Shown one piece after another: positions 1 to 12,358 of a stretch of DNA of 64,000 nucleotides. The position numbers and the translations under genes were made by a program. The notes under the pieces are model-generated. The model was not told the DNA's origin. It did no database searches and saw nothing but the letters and a program-made list of their open reading frames with translations. The stretch comes from Macrostomum lignano (lineage: Eukaryota), in contig NIVC01000939.1 of the NCBI GenBank assembly GCA_002269645.1, forward strand, positions 310,001 to 374,000, given 5' to 3'. Position 1 is the stretch's first letter. Every line of letters starts with the position of its first letter.

Positions 1-315
1 TTGACCAGGGTCACGACCTTCTCCATCTGTCACAGCTGTGGTGCTAGCTCTAGAAGTCCCTGATGCAGGCTTGGCCGCAGAGAGTTACAGGCAGCAGCAC
101 TGAGGCCATCTGTCTCTACGCCAGTGCCACTGTCGACAGAGGGCCCCCGACAATGAAGCTTGCCTGTCCTTTCAGTCCCAATTCAAGCGCTGAAATTTAC
201 ACTGCAGGGATAGGAGTTTAGGTAGTTCAAACCTATTTGAGGGAGCCAGCAGGACCTGCGTTATGATCGATCTCATGAGGCAAACAAAAGTTACGGGAAG
301 AGTTGCTCAAAGGTG

Positions 316-595
316 AAGGCTCATGGTTGACATTGCTGAGATATCAAGGCTCATGGTTGACATTGCTGAGATATCAAGGCTCATGGTTGACATTGCTGAG
401 ATATCAAGGCTCATGGTTGACATTGCTGAGATATCAAGGCTCATGGTTGACATTGCTGAGATATCAAGGCTCATGGTTGACATTGCTGAGATATCAAGGC
501 TCATGGTTGACATTGCTGAGATATCAAGGCTCATGGTTGACATTGCTGAGATATCAAGGCTCATGGTTGACATTGCTGAGATATCAAGGCTCATG
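316..595. repeat. 30-bp minisatellite, ~9 copies
   Basis: Near-perfect tandem unit AAGGCTCATGGTTGACATTGCTGAGATATC. Confidence 0.97.
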
Positions 596-2045
596 GGGGG
601 TTGCCCAGATGCTTTGAGCAAAACCTCATAGAGAATCTGATATCTCAGGCTAAATCGCTGGCTCTCAGGGCGGATGCTTTCTGCTTTAAAAATCATTTCC
701 CCGAAGAAGTTATCAATGGTAACTGCGTCAGGTCATTACATACAGTTGGTTTATGAAAAAAAATTTTTTCTGTTTTGTTGCCTCGCCAACGAGGGCGGGC
801 AAAGATTGCTAGAAAGTTGCGAAAAAATCCTTTCCAAGATATATTTTCGGGGCCAATCAAGCTGTGTGGATGAAAACATGTAAGGCAAAGAAGGAGACAA
901 TAAATTTTACAATTATTGGCAAACTGAGAAGAGGCAAGGCTGGAGTTCGTAAATTTTAACACAAGTGACAAGCAAATATTAATTATCGAAAACTAAAAAT
1001 AAACAAGACAAAAAAGAGAACAGGTGTTCAGAGGATCAGTTAAAACACACGTCGTACTGCCGCACACCATCGATAACAGACGGAATTCACTGCACGCTGT
1101 AGTAACCAAAGTTTAAATGTTTCATTAATTACGCTTTCATCTGTGTTAAAAGTTTTCCCCACAGCAATTAAAAGAACTTTCATTTGAAGAAATTTTTCAA
1201 TAATATCAAAATTCATGTGAGGAAAATCATAAAAAAGCAAAGGTGCGCCTTAATTGGTCTTAATTGACTGGCAGCAGAATTAAGGCTTCATACGTTTGAG
1301 CGTGTGCTCGAGCTCAGCGCATTTTTTGCTTGTAAAGCGACTCAGAAAAGAGGGGGGGTTTCACGAGCACTTGGGTAGCAACCAGTGTAGGTGCAGGTGC
1401 GAACGCCATTGGGAAATTTCCGGACAAGTTGATTCGTCGGATAAGCGCCTGGAAACAGCTGCCGAGTGCAACAGCCAGCAAAAGTTCCTTTCCGGGATAT
1501 ATTTGCAGGGCCAAGCTGTGTGGATGAAAAGATAGAAAGGAAAGGAAGGAGACAATAAATTTTACAGTTACAGTTTCTCGTATTGGCAAACTGAGAAGAG
1601 GCTGGAGTTCAAAAGCCAGTAACTATCTTATATGTTATAGTGCGCCTTAAATGAAATACAAGAACTACAAGATATACGACGTGATCTCAGCAATCGGGGC
1701 AGGCAGTACTGGGGGGCAACGCCTGGCAACTGTCTTCTTCGGGACCACCAACTACGAGCGTACAAGCTGCATGCAAGTTCTGTGTCCTCAATTTGCTGGT
1801 TTTACAGGCAATTCTCAATCCGAGATGCATTGTTTAGTTCATCACATGAAGCGATTTATTCTAAAGAGATGGTGCATTCAAATTTGTTAAAAGTACAATG
1901 AAAATTACAGTGCGGAGCATTGCTTATTTTGTACGAGAATTCTGCTAGTTCAAAACACAACTCTCGCTGTTAAAAAGTGCCCATTTGACTAGATTATAAC
2001 GTGTGAAAGTGAGATCCAGCGAGCTCCAAAGCACTGCAATTTGCA

Positions 2046-3197
2046 TCAGCCTTTCCTAGCAACTTGAGGCACAAAGTCGTTTCTGACCCACAGTCCGTCC
2101 CACTCGTTGAATGTAGCGATGTTCTGCACTTGGAAACTACCCATGGACAGCAGAGAGAAGTTCCTCGAGGTCATGAAGCGAGTCACAAACTCGTAATAGT
2201 TGGAAGATTGCGGTCGCTGACCGAGCTTCCGCCAGAACTCCATCTGCAGCGCCATGATGTTGAGCTCTCTAAACAGCTTCTCGCCAGTCTTCATGAACAG
2301 GTGCTCACCGGACTCGATGTCCATCTTGACGACCACATTCTTGGTGCCAATGTGCGCTCGAAGCTCGTCCGCTTTGACAGTGGTCACGGGAATCGTGTCC
2401 TCGATTAACTTCGTGACCTGCCGTTTCCAGTCAGCCAATCCGACTGAGCCGCTTCCAGCGTGGCAGCCAAAGTCGTCGGCGTTATAGCTGATCCGCTTCA
2501 CCGCCACGTCGTCGCTGATGAAGCCCCAGAAGAGCCTCAGCTTTTCGTCAAGCAAGTTCAGCCGCTTTGCTGACATCTGCAGCCTGACCAGTGTGCGAAT
2601 GTTTGCATCGATGGCCACCACGGGATACCCGAGCTCTCTGGCCTGCAGGCTGTAGATGCCAAGGTTGCTGCCGATATCGAGGAACGTCGCAGAGTTTTTC
2701 GGAAGCTTCTGTAACAGGTTGATCATCTTCCGAATAGAGCTGCTTTCCCAGTCGTTGTGTTTTAGCATGTGCGCGGAAATCATGTCCTCCTTGCCGAAGG
2801 TGAATAGCGGCATTAAAGGGCCGCCCATCGCTCGGGCTACATTGGCCATAAGAGACCCTTGTCTGACAATGGTGTACATCTGCTGCGGTAAGTTCCTGTT
2901 CAGCTCGCACAGGGGAAACTTGCCCCTGACTAACTGGTAGGCCGGCGTCTCCTGACACAGCCGGTGCTGCAGGCTGGGGTTCGTGAAGTCGACGTTGCGG
3001 AGCTCGTTGTAGGCGGGGCAGTTTTTGATCATGTCGACGTCGCTCAGCGTTGGCAGCGACTCTGAAGCGGTCGAAGTTGTTTCTCCATGGAGTTGCATCT
3101 TTGAAGCGGTCGAGTTTTGCTTTGGGAATAGATACACCACAGTTATTAGTACACATGTCAAACATGCTACAAGTACTACATTTTGGTTAGTTCTCAT
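2046..3197 (-). CDS. FkbM-family (Methyltransf_21-like) SAM-dependent methyltransferase with N-terminal membrane anchor, 383 aa, single exon
   Basis: Uninterrupted ORF. Hydrophobic N-terminus VVLVACLTCVLITVVYLF, SAM motif TFLDIGSNLGIYSL, VVAIDAN, and VVVKMDIESGE typical of the FkbM family. Confidence 0.85.
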   Translation of the reverse strand: MRTNQNVVLVACLTCVLITVVYLFPKQNSTASKMQLHGETTSTASESLPTLSDVDMIKNCPAYNELRNVDFTNPSLQHRLCQETPAYQLVRGKFPLCELNRNLPQQMYTIVRQGSLMANVARAMGGPLMPLFTFGKEDMISAHMLKHNDWESSSIRKMINLLQKLPKNSATFLDIGSNLGIYSLQARELGYPVVAIDANIRTLVRLQMSAKRLNLLDEKLRLFWGFISDDVAVKRISYNADDFGCHAGSGSVGLADWKRQVTKLIEDTIPVTTVKADELRAHIGTKNVVVKMDIESGEHLFMKTGEKLFRELNIMALQMEFWRKLGQRPQSSNYYEFVTRFMTSRNFSLLSMGSFQVQNIATFNEWDGLWVRNDFVPQVARKG

Positions 3198-4440
3198 TGT
3201 ATTGACTGTCCTGGAGTGGAGTTATTGCTGTTGGTCTCAGATTTCCTTCCTGCCTGTGTCGCAAGGTGCAGTACGACTACTTAACGCGCAGAAAGCCGTT
3301 GATTTTGGGGGTGAGGTGGGGGGTCAGAGCCAATGCGATTGCAGTGCCGATCTAATTGGTCCAGACACAGACCCTCATTCTGATGCATGTAAGTCATAGG
3401 ACCAAATGTTTCGGGCTAAATTCTGACTCTTGAGTTCACAATCCCCTTCGATCTTATTCATGCTCTGCTCAGGTCTATCCCCAGGCAAATGTCAATGCTA
3501 CGGTATCATTTGTTAATCCTGTTCACTTCAGCTCGGAATTTCACTGTTGCTTTTTATTTAAACTTACAAGATTATAAAAGCGTTATTTGTTTAGATTTAT
3601 TTCCGCAAGTTTGCGTCCGCTCCATGACACCTGAACTGGTAAGTGGACCTGGGTGTGAGACTTCCAGGTCTCACACCCGCAGCAGCTTAACAGGGCTGGA
3701 GCGTCGCGAGCTTCCCAAGCCTGAAAAGCATCAACTGTCAAAGCAAGGGAATTTGGCTTGCGCTGCAGTCCCAACAGAGCGCATGGGGGGCGGGACTTCA
3801 GCGCGCTCTGCTGTTCTCGCAAGCCGTTGGGTTCTGGGCGGAATGGATCGATATTTGCAAACCCCCTCCCCCCACCTCCTGCTCTGCGCTTCATTGCCTG
3901 TCATTGCTTTGTGAAGAGTCCCCGTGTGCCCATCATTGAAAGGGAATTAAATGGAAGCGAGATGGTGAAACATATAACAAAGTTGAGGCTGAGGCGGCTG
4001 ACTGGGAGGCTTTGCATGAGTCGGTCTCAACCCTCTCTTCAGTCCGCGTGTTCCCCTGTTTCCTGAGAGCATAAGAGGCTGAGGAGAGGAAAATGGAGGA
4101 ACAGGGGAGGCAGGGCAGAGATAGAACTGTGACAATTCATTACCTGCTTAATTTTCCCTCGAATGTGAGGCTGCTGCAGACAGTCCCACAATCCAGGGCT
4201 ACAAGCGCTCCTGGATGGTGGGTTTCAAATCAGTCAAGCAGTTCCACTCTGCAGTCGCATCCGCAGCAGCAGCAGCTTAAAGCAGCCGAAACGGAGGCAG
4301 AACAATAGGAAGCTGGGAAGCTGGGACCTCGCTAGGTTAATCTGAGCAAAAGCAGTGAGGAGAATGAGGAAAGAGAAGAGACAGAGAATCTGAGATCGCG
4401 GCGCAAAGTACTATGCGGTTGCCATGACAATAACCGTGCA

Positions 4441-4905
4441 AAGGGGCGCCAAGAACTACATGTACAAGGGCGCCGAGAACTGTACGAGGGACGCCAAGAA
4501 CTGTGCAAGGGGCGCCAAGAACTGTGCAAGGGGCGCCAAGAACTGTGCAAGGGGCGCCAAGAACTGTGCAAAGGGCGCCAAGAACCGTACAAGGGGCGCC
4601 AAGAACTGTACAAGGGGTGCCAAGAACTTGCAAGGCGCCAAGAACTGTGCAAGAGGCGCCAAGAACTGTACAAGCGGCGCCAAGAACTGTGCAAGGGGCG
4701 CCAAGAACTGTGCAAGAGGCGCCAAGAACTGTGCAAGGGGCGCCAAGAACTGTACAAGGGGCGCCAAGAACTGTGCAAGGGGCGCCAAGAACTGTGCAAG
4801 AGGCGCCAAGAACTGTGCAAGGGGCGCCAAGAACTGCACAAGGGATGCCAAGAACTGTGCAAGGGGCGCCAAGAACTGTGCAAGGGGCGCCAAGAACTGT
4901 GCAAG
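4441..4905. repeat. 21-bp minisatellite, ~22 copies
   Basis: Unit AAGGGGCGCCAAGAACTGTGC with point variants. Confidence 0.95.
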
Positions 4906-5632
4906 GATTGCAAAACGTCGTTGATTGCCTTCAGTGCCAAGTGCAAAGTGGCTCTCCAATTGCCATCAGCTGAATTCTTATACAGTACGGAGACGGCCGC
5001 AATTAAAAAGGCCGGCGCCGTCAGACACTGCTAGTCTCTCCGTTTGTTTTCGCTTCCCTACGGAAGCCCCGCTGTCCCACACGGCCTCTCAGAGTTGCTA
5101 CGCGCGCAAGGCCGGGGCTCTGCATCGGAACTGCGCGCTGCCCCCATTGTTTTGCGCTGCTGAAACCAATCGATAATAAAATTTGGGGAGGGGTGCAGAG
5201 GGGGTGCAGAGGGAGATGGAAATGTGGCCGCAACAGTCGGGCACGCTTGCAGCAGGGCACTGAATGAGCCGGCAGCGGGAGAGCGGGCAGTACGGCTTGT
5301 TTCAGCGCCCACGGGCGCTGTTGACTGTTGCGGAAGCGGCAAGCCTGGAGTGACAAGGAAGAGGAAGAGATGCATAAGGCTGATGCTGGAGGTTTGCACT
5401 GTACTGAAAGAAGTGGGAGAACGAGAAGAACACTGTACAGGAATGGAATCACAACACAAGGCAGTGTGGGAGCGCGGCCGAGCCTAGACAATTTGAGCTC
5501 AATCGATGAGTAGCTGAGATGAGATGAGGTGGTATGAGGCGATATGAGCTTAAAGATACGGATGAATAAATAGAAAATATAAACATTCTTAGGAAGTCTG
5601 CGGGCACCCTGGCGTAACGCCTTTGGCGACAA

Positions 5633-6142
5633 TCGTCCCATCGTCCCATCGTCCTATCTTCCCATCGTCCCATCGTCCTATCTTCCCATCGTCCCATCGT
5701 CTCATTGTCCCATCGTCCCATCGTCCTATCGTCCCATCGTCCCATCGTCTCATTGTCCCATCGTCCTATCGTCCCATCGTCCTATCGTCCCATCGTCCCA
5801 TCGTCCCATCGTCCCATCGTCCCATCGTCCTATCGTCCCATCGTCCAATCGTCCCATCGTCCCATCGTCCCATCGTCCCATCGTCCCATCGTCCCATCGT
5901 CCCATCGTCCCATCGTCCCATCGTCCCATCGTCCTATCGTCCCATCGTCCTATCGTCCCATCGTCCTATCGTCCTATCGTCCCATCGTCCCATCGTCCCA
6001 TCGTCCCATCGTCCTATCGTCCCATCGTCCCATCGTCCCATCGTCCCATCGTCCCATCGTCCTATCGTCCTATCGTCCTATCGTCCTATCGTCCCATTAT
6101 CTTATCGTCCCATCGTCCCATCGCCCCATCGTCCTATCGTCC
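5633..6142. repeat. 8-bp tandem repeat (CCCATCGT/CCTATCGT)n
   Basis: Directly visible, ~60 units. Confidence 0.95.
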
Positions 6143-8304
6143 GCGAAAATTGTCCGATCGGTGGCGTCCGCTTATTCTGCTGACTCCTGGCGCACCAAAA
6201 CTATACAAAGGCACGCACTCATACACGCGCTCACACAGGCATGTACACTCCTGTGCCTTAGGAGCTGACCCTCATAGGTGTGATTGCACGACACCCCAAC
6301 AAGCCCCAAATGAATGCACGGGGCCTCGCACGTTTACCGCCGAGCTGCTCTGCCCGTAGAAACATCAAAATATTATGTCAGTTTGTCACGATGCTTCTTA
6401 AAAAATCATCTGTGAACAAGATGAAAAAATTGATGAGAGGCATCGTGTACACTTCAAAAAGTGCAGATCATAGGTCGGCTGCCACTGCCACCCGGTAAGA
6501 AAAAAACATTTAACTAACTAATGACTAAAGGCCAAACGTGCCAACATCAGAGTACTCTGAGCGGGGTCCATCAAACCCGAAGTATCAAAAACCCGAAATA
6601 TCAAATATGTCTACTTTACGCTCGTACACTTACTCGTAAACCCAGCTTTTCTGGCTTGGCCGTCTGCCTGCGTGCAAGTGCTCCGATTTATTATTATTCA
6701 AAATTTTTCTTGTTTTATTCTCCCCGGTTGCATCGATGAATTTTGAATTCGACGTACATGTTAATTGCGCAAAATAAATACCTAATACGAAAGGGTCGCC
6801 TTCCCTACCTCGTCGCTGCTATGTGCTCGCTGCCTTCCTTTTGCTGCTTGGGGGTTTGCGGGTAAACCCGAAATATCACAAACCCGAAATACCACAAACC
6901 GGAAATACCACAAACCCAACCCAAATAAGAAACATTCGGGTTTATGTTGGCAACCCCATGCCGTCACGCTCAACTCCCTTGCTTGCCAATTACTGTCAGT
7001 ATATTTTTTAAGTCTACAAAGGTTGTTAAACACTGGTAGAATTTGTCAGTCACTACCATATGCATACAGCTTCTCTATAGCAGATTGATATATATGTACA
7101 TGTAGCACCTGCTTCAGGCAACGGTGATCGACTTCAAAATCAGTCTCTGTACCATTCGTCGTGTTCTGAATGTCCCAGTTAATCACACTTAAGCCAATGC
7201 GCCAGATCCCTGTGATCGGAACACGCGCCCGTCCACGAAAAGAAAAGTCGCAGCTACATGCATGTAGATCAAGAATACACACCACGTGCTCTTTTGCAAC
7301 GCACCAAACCGGACGCAGTAAAAATCCAATAGGAATTGCAAAAAAATTTAATATTACTAACGATTTTACAGCTACGAATACTCTAATTACGCATTTGTGC
7401 ATTTTGTTCTGTGACGTTCTTGTAGGCGAGCTCGAGTGCAGACGAATTACACGTGCACTGCTGTCAATCACCGGTGATATCCTATGCTTATAATATACCT
7501 TTAGTCGGATCTCAATGTAAATTCAGTTGCTAAACATGAAGGCGATTAGAGTGAACTTCATTAGTAACACGATTCAAGCAGCGTCTCGACAGAAGGGCTA
7601 TAAAGTTATTGTTGAACAAAAGCGATTTAATTGGCGATTTATTGACCAATAGCAGCTATTTTGCAAGGAATCGAACGCCGAACAACAAAAACCAATTGGC
7701 GGTAGGTATAAACGATAATCATTATAAAATGAATTGGAAAAGTCAATCAGTATAATATAACAAAACCTATTTTTAGCAAATCGGGCAAAACGAACCCGTC
7801 ACACTCGCCTCCCTATCGAAAAACAGTAGAACAAGGAATCGTAATTAGCAATGGCATTTTGAAGGAGTAAAATAAAGTCAACCAGCCGGAGGGGGAGCCA
7901 GGGAGGTGAGAAATACAACTGAGCAGTAAAACTGAAACTACGCTCGTAACATATTGGACATTGGGAGCCAGAACAAGGATGATAAAACAGGAGGAAACGT
8001 GCATGTAGACAGACTCAGCCAATAGATATATCAATTGTGAACTCGTCAGCAGGGATGCACATTGGCGGCGGAGAAGCGACCAGGATGTCGCCAGCAGCGG
8101 GATGCGACCAGGATGTCGCCAGCGGCGGGATGCGACCGGGATGTCACCAGTAGCGAACCAGCCAGCCACCAACGAAGCCAGCCCACACGGAAATGCAGCA
8201 CAACACAGCACAAAACGGCACAAAGCAACCAACACAACAAGACAAAGAAACACACAAAAAACAGCAAAAGCATCCACCGCCAACAGACAGACAGCTAACT
8301 ATCC

Positions 8305-10910
8305 CCCCTAGCAGAACAGAGACCATATGCAGCGCTACTCCAAGAGCACCGATTGATGATGGCAGAAAGGAACCTGGCTGGCTTGCGAACCACCTGACCC
8401 GACCTAGTGGGGATGATCGGGGTAGCCACCGCTTCAGAGGACTCGGACTGAGTGTCTGCAGCCCCCGAACTGTCATCTTGCGGTTCCAGTTTGATGTCAA
8501 CAAGTTCCTCGCTTGGCGGCTGATCAGGCTCTGGATGCGAGTGGTTCGAATCGGTCCAAGAGACCTACTGCTTGAATTCGACCTCCACGCTGTCTTGATC
8601 CATCTATCGTTGGCTCCCGACACTGACCGTCACCGCCACTGAACCCGGAACCCTAGCGGCTGTTCCAGAGGTGGTCCTCTGAGCACTGTGGGCCGGAGAC
8701 TCTTCCGATTCTGGGTTCCACCCGCTAACAGCGGGGATCGAACTTCCCTCCTCTGACTCCTCCCAGTCTCTATCTAGAGAACGCCTCTCTGGAGAGCAGA
8801 CTGCAGTGATGGATCTGTCAATCGAAGGCTGTTGAGCCAGATTGGAAGACCGAGGCTCTCCCGGCTCGGTCGTCTGTCCGAATCTGTCGATCAGATTTAT
8901 GTACGCGGGCCTTCTCACACCCTCTTCAGCCTATCGACGTTGTAAACGTTGTGCTTTGGGTTTGGCACCCCGGTGTCTGACTCTGGGACAAACCGATAGT
9001 TTCTGTCCGAGATATTTTCAATGATCTCGTACGGCCCCAGCCACACCGCCGCTTCCAGACCCTTGTGGTCCGGGTTTCAAGACCCAAACAAGCTCACCTT
9101 CCTTGAATACCGAATGGTGGGTACCTCGATCGTAGTAGCGTTTCTGGCTCTGTTGGGCTTTACCTCGAATCTGTCTGGCCAAGGTCGATGATATATTTTA
9201 TGGGCGAACCTATAGGCACGCTGGCGTGGAGCCGGTGGACTCAGCTTCCGACGCTCTGACTGACAAGCTGACTGACTGACAGAGGCGAGCAGCCAGCGGC
9301 CAATTGCACTCCCTGTCCTGACACACGGCGCGGATCTGGCTCTTTATTGTCTGGATTGCCCTTTCAGCCTTGCCGTTTGCTTGGGGACGGCGAGCTGCAA
9401 TCCGAACTTTTCCGATTTCAAGGAGGCTAGTCAGCTCTTCCAATACCTGATTGATGAAAGCTGTCGGTGGCTTCGGCAGTTGTATCTAGTACCGGAATGA
9501 TTTCGACCCAGTTGGTAAAGCGGTCAATGAGAACCAGCAGATACCTGTTACCATCTTGTTCCGAGAATGGGCCTGCATGGTCTACGCGCAACACCAGGTC
9601 TGGATAGCCAGCAAGGGTGGGCTGCATCGGTTTCTTTTTTTCCGCTTGTTTTTCTTAGTGCGGGCACAAGTCTCACATTCGGAAATTATTCCTTGTTAGC
9701 CTAACCCAGTTTTCTTCTTGCTGATATGACCACTCTTCATCAGACTCGGAGTTGCTTCCAGCCTCTTGTCTAGTAGGGTGCTCCACTACTCGGATTGCCG
9801 GCGTTTCAGCAGGCGTTGGCTGTTCAATTTCTGTCAGCTTTTGATCAGCCTTCCCAGAGAGCGCTTCCAGCTGCCGGGGGGTCTGAGCCTCAGCCTCCGT
9901 GTGTTCGGGTTTCAAATCGTGGTCCCCATTGCTCTCTGTCTGGCTAGCAACAGTGCGCTTCTAAATCTTTTTTTCTCTGGCAGAGCGTACGACTACAGAC
10001 GCACTTTTGGCGTTTCCAGTGAATTTTTCCTTAAGCTCCGGAATCTGGCTACATGTTGGGCAGTCGTAGTGATCCGCCCGGAACTTTGGGTGCCGACTAA
10101 GAAAGTCGGCATTTAAATGTTCTTGTCCAGCCCTGTGTTTGACCTCAAAGTCGTATTCCCCCAAGCGCTCAAGAGGTGTTTGATCAATTTTGAAATCATA
10201 GGCTTCGATCGTGGCCAACCATTGGGCCAACATGCCTGTGGCATGTCTCTTGGCGTGCAATCACTTCAACGCTGCAGCGTCAGTGCGCTCTCTCATCGTG
10301 GCACAATAATTTCGCTGCGCGGCGGTAAAAATTTTTTGAAGCGTAGCTGATTACGTTTTCCTGACCATCAGCACCTTGTTGCGACAAGACAGCGCCGACT
10401 CCCTTGAGGGAGCTGTCGAAGTTCAAGATGAAGGATCTGGCATTCGGTGAAAAGTCAGGGTAGGCCAGGACCGGGGGTGAGCAAAGGCTTGATTTCAGCT
10501 CAGTGAACGCCTTTTGGTGCTTTTCGTGCCAGACAAACTTCTCCGCCCCCCTTGCCAGGTTGTACAGCGGAGCGTCTATCACTGAGAACCTGGGAAAAAA
10601 ATTTTCTGTAATAATTACAGAAGCCTAGGAACGACAATAGCTGTTTCTGATTACTTGGAGTTGACCAATCGCGAACGGCATCGGTTTTCTCTGGGTCAGC
10701 TTCTATGCCTCGTACGGACACTACGAACCCGAGGAACAGCACTTTTTCCTAAACAGTTCACACTTACTAGGTTTGATTTTTAAATTTGTTTTTTGCAACC
10801 TCCACAGCACCAGCGCTAAATTATCAATCATTTGGTCATTATCCCTAGCTTTAACAATGACGTCATCCAAATAGATCAAGCTGACCTTTAGCAGCAGAGG
10901 TTGGAAGACC
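8305..10910 (-). pseudogene. Gypsy pol remnant (RT, RNase H, integrase), frameshifted and internally deleted
   Basis: RT LIYLDDVIV and LLSFLGFCNYYRKF; RNase H DSSLKGVGAVLSQ and HLNADFLSR; IN VDHAGPF, IDRFTNWVEIIP and PQANGKAER; C-terminal TRSGQVVRKPARF. Confidence 0.92.
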
Positions 10911-11702
10911 CGATGTGTTGTGATGGGTGCAAGGGCTCGGTCCTTTCGTGCCCCTTTCCCAGACCGGGGTTCGCGCACTGACCCGGCTGCGGTCCTCCAC
11001 GGTGTCCGTCGGGACTAGGCTGCTCGAGCGTACGACGCACGACAGCCTACAGACTCGCGTACGACGCAGAGCTGCTTGGGTTGGGACCGGCGTACGACGC
11101 ACTTAATCCCTCTAAGGTGCCTAGTACAGATGCAGACCCAAATGACTTGCAAATTGGAAGGCTTACCAGCCGCGATTTCAGTCGTACAACTCGGGAACAG
11201 CGCCGACAGAGCAGTGGGAGTATCGATATTCTTTAATTGTATTTGTAGGACAATTCGGACACTTAATTGCAACCAACGCTGGCACAATCACCGGGGAGCC
11301 ACGAAGACGACGGGAATGGGGTCTCACGGGGGTCCGAATAAATAAGCAGCAAACTGGGGGTTTATAGCGCGGGATGAAGGCGGCCACAGGGGGCTTGACA
11401 ACAGCATGGGACAAATATGAGACGTACCAGCCAATCGCCGGGGCGCAGCACGGCAGACTGGGACTGGCAGCCCATCACAAGCTACAGGGACGGGGCAGCT
11501 AGGCTAACAAAATAATGGGGCGGGGTCGCACGCAGAGAATGGAAGGTTTGAATAAACAGAAAAGGCCAAGGCAGGGAGGGGAGTTGGGGGTACGCACGCG
11601 CAGAAGTGCAGGTGGGTGAGTCAGAAAATATCTGAGAAGGGGGGGGGGGAGAGGACGGCCGACTGGCCCGGCGTAGCAAAGTACACTCAGTCATAATAAC
11701 AC

Positions 11703-12358
11703 ATTCATGACAGATGCATCAAGCGAGCGAAAGTTGCTGGGGCGGTCTTGATGCCGAACGGGACAACCTTCCACCTAAAGGAGCCTTGTGGACAAGAAAA
11801 AGCAGTGAGATCCCTGTATCGCCCCCGACTGCCGGCAATCCCGCGCGGTTGTCCCCTGTCCTTCCTCCGCCCTGCGCAGGGCCCTCCTTGGACTCAACCG
11901 CAGGGACATCAGGGCGGTGACCATGGCCCTCTCGGGTCATGGCTGTTTTGCCAGGCATCGTCATCTCCAGGGAAAAATATCCGCAGTGAGGAATGCCCAT
12001 TCTGCCTCTCCGGTGTCGAGAATGCGGAGCACTTTATCTGTGAATGCTCCACCTTTACTCAGAACAGGCTCACCTACCTCGGCCCAAACCCGGACCTCTC
12101 CGACGTTTTTAGGCCCGAGAATCTCTGCCAGCTCGTCCGCTACCTAACGGCTACCGGGCAAGCGACAATACACCTCCTGGACTCTCCGGAGGGGGACCGC
12201 GCTGCGGACACCGGCACCACCGGAACTCCCTGCGCGACACCGCAGCACTAGCTGCCTGTGGTCGCCAGGGATTAGCGAAATGGTTTTCGGACCTCCTCGC
12301 TGTTTCCGGACACACAGAGCCCCCCTGCATGCAGCTAAGTCAAGTGAGTAAGTCAAGT
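11703..12358 (+). mobile_element. 5'-truncated non-LTR retrotransposon 3' end (I/LOA/R1-like) nested antisense in the Gypsy element
   Basis: [17 protein letters not shown], then a frameshift into the CCHC knuckle [18 protein letters not shown]. Ends in repeated TAAGTCAAG. Confidence 0.7.

Noticed and set aside
8290-8310. GGGGGGA after the integrase stop as the polypurine tract
   Set aside because: The following sequence has no counterpart at the other end, whereas the tract at 7804-7814 abuts the repeated TGTGACGGG terminus.
11180-11702. Possible separate LTR (TGTTATT start, TATA-like and poly(A)-like motifs on the minus strand)
   Set aside because: No second copy, primer-binding site or TSD in the window; it cannot be supported.
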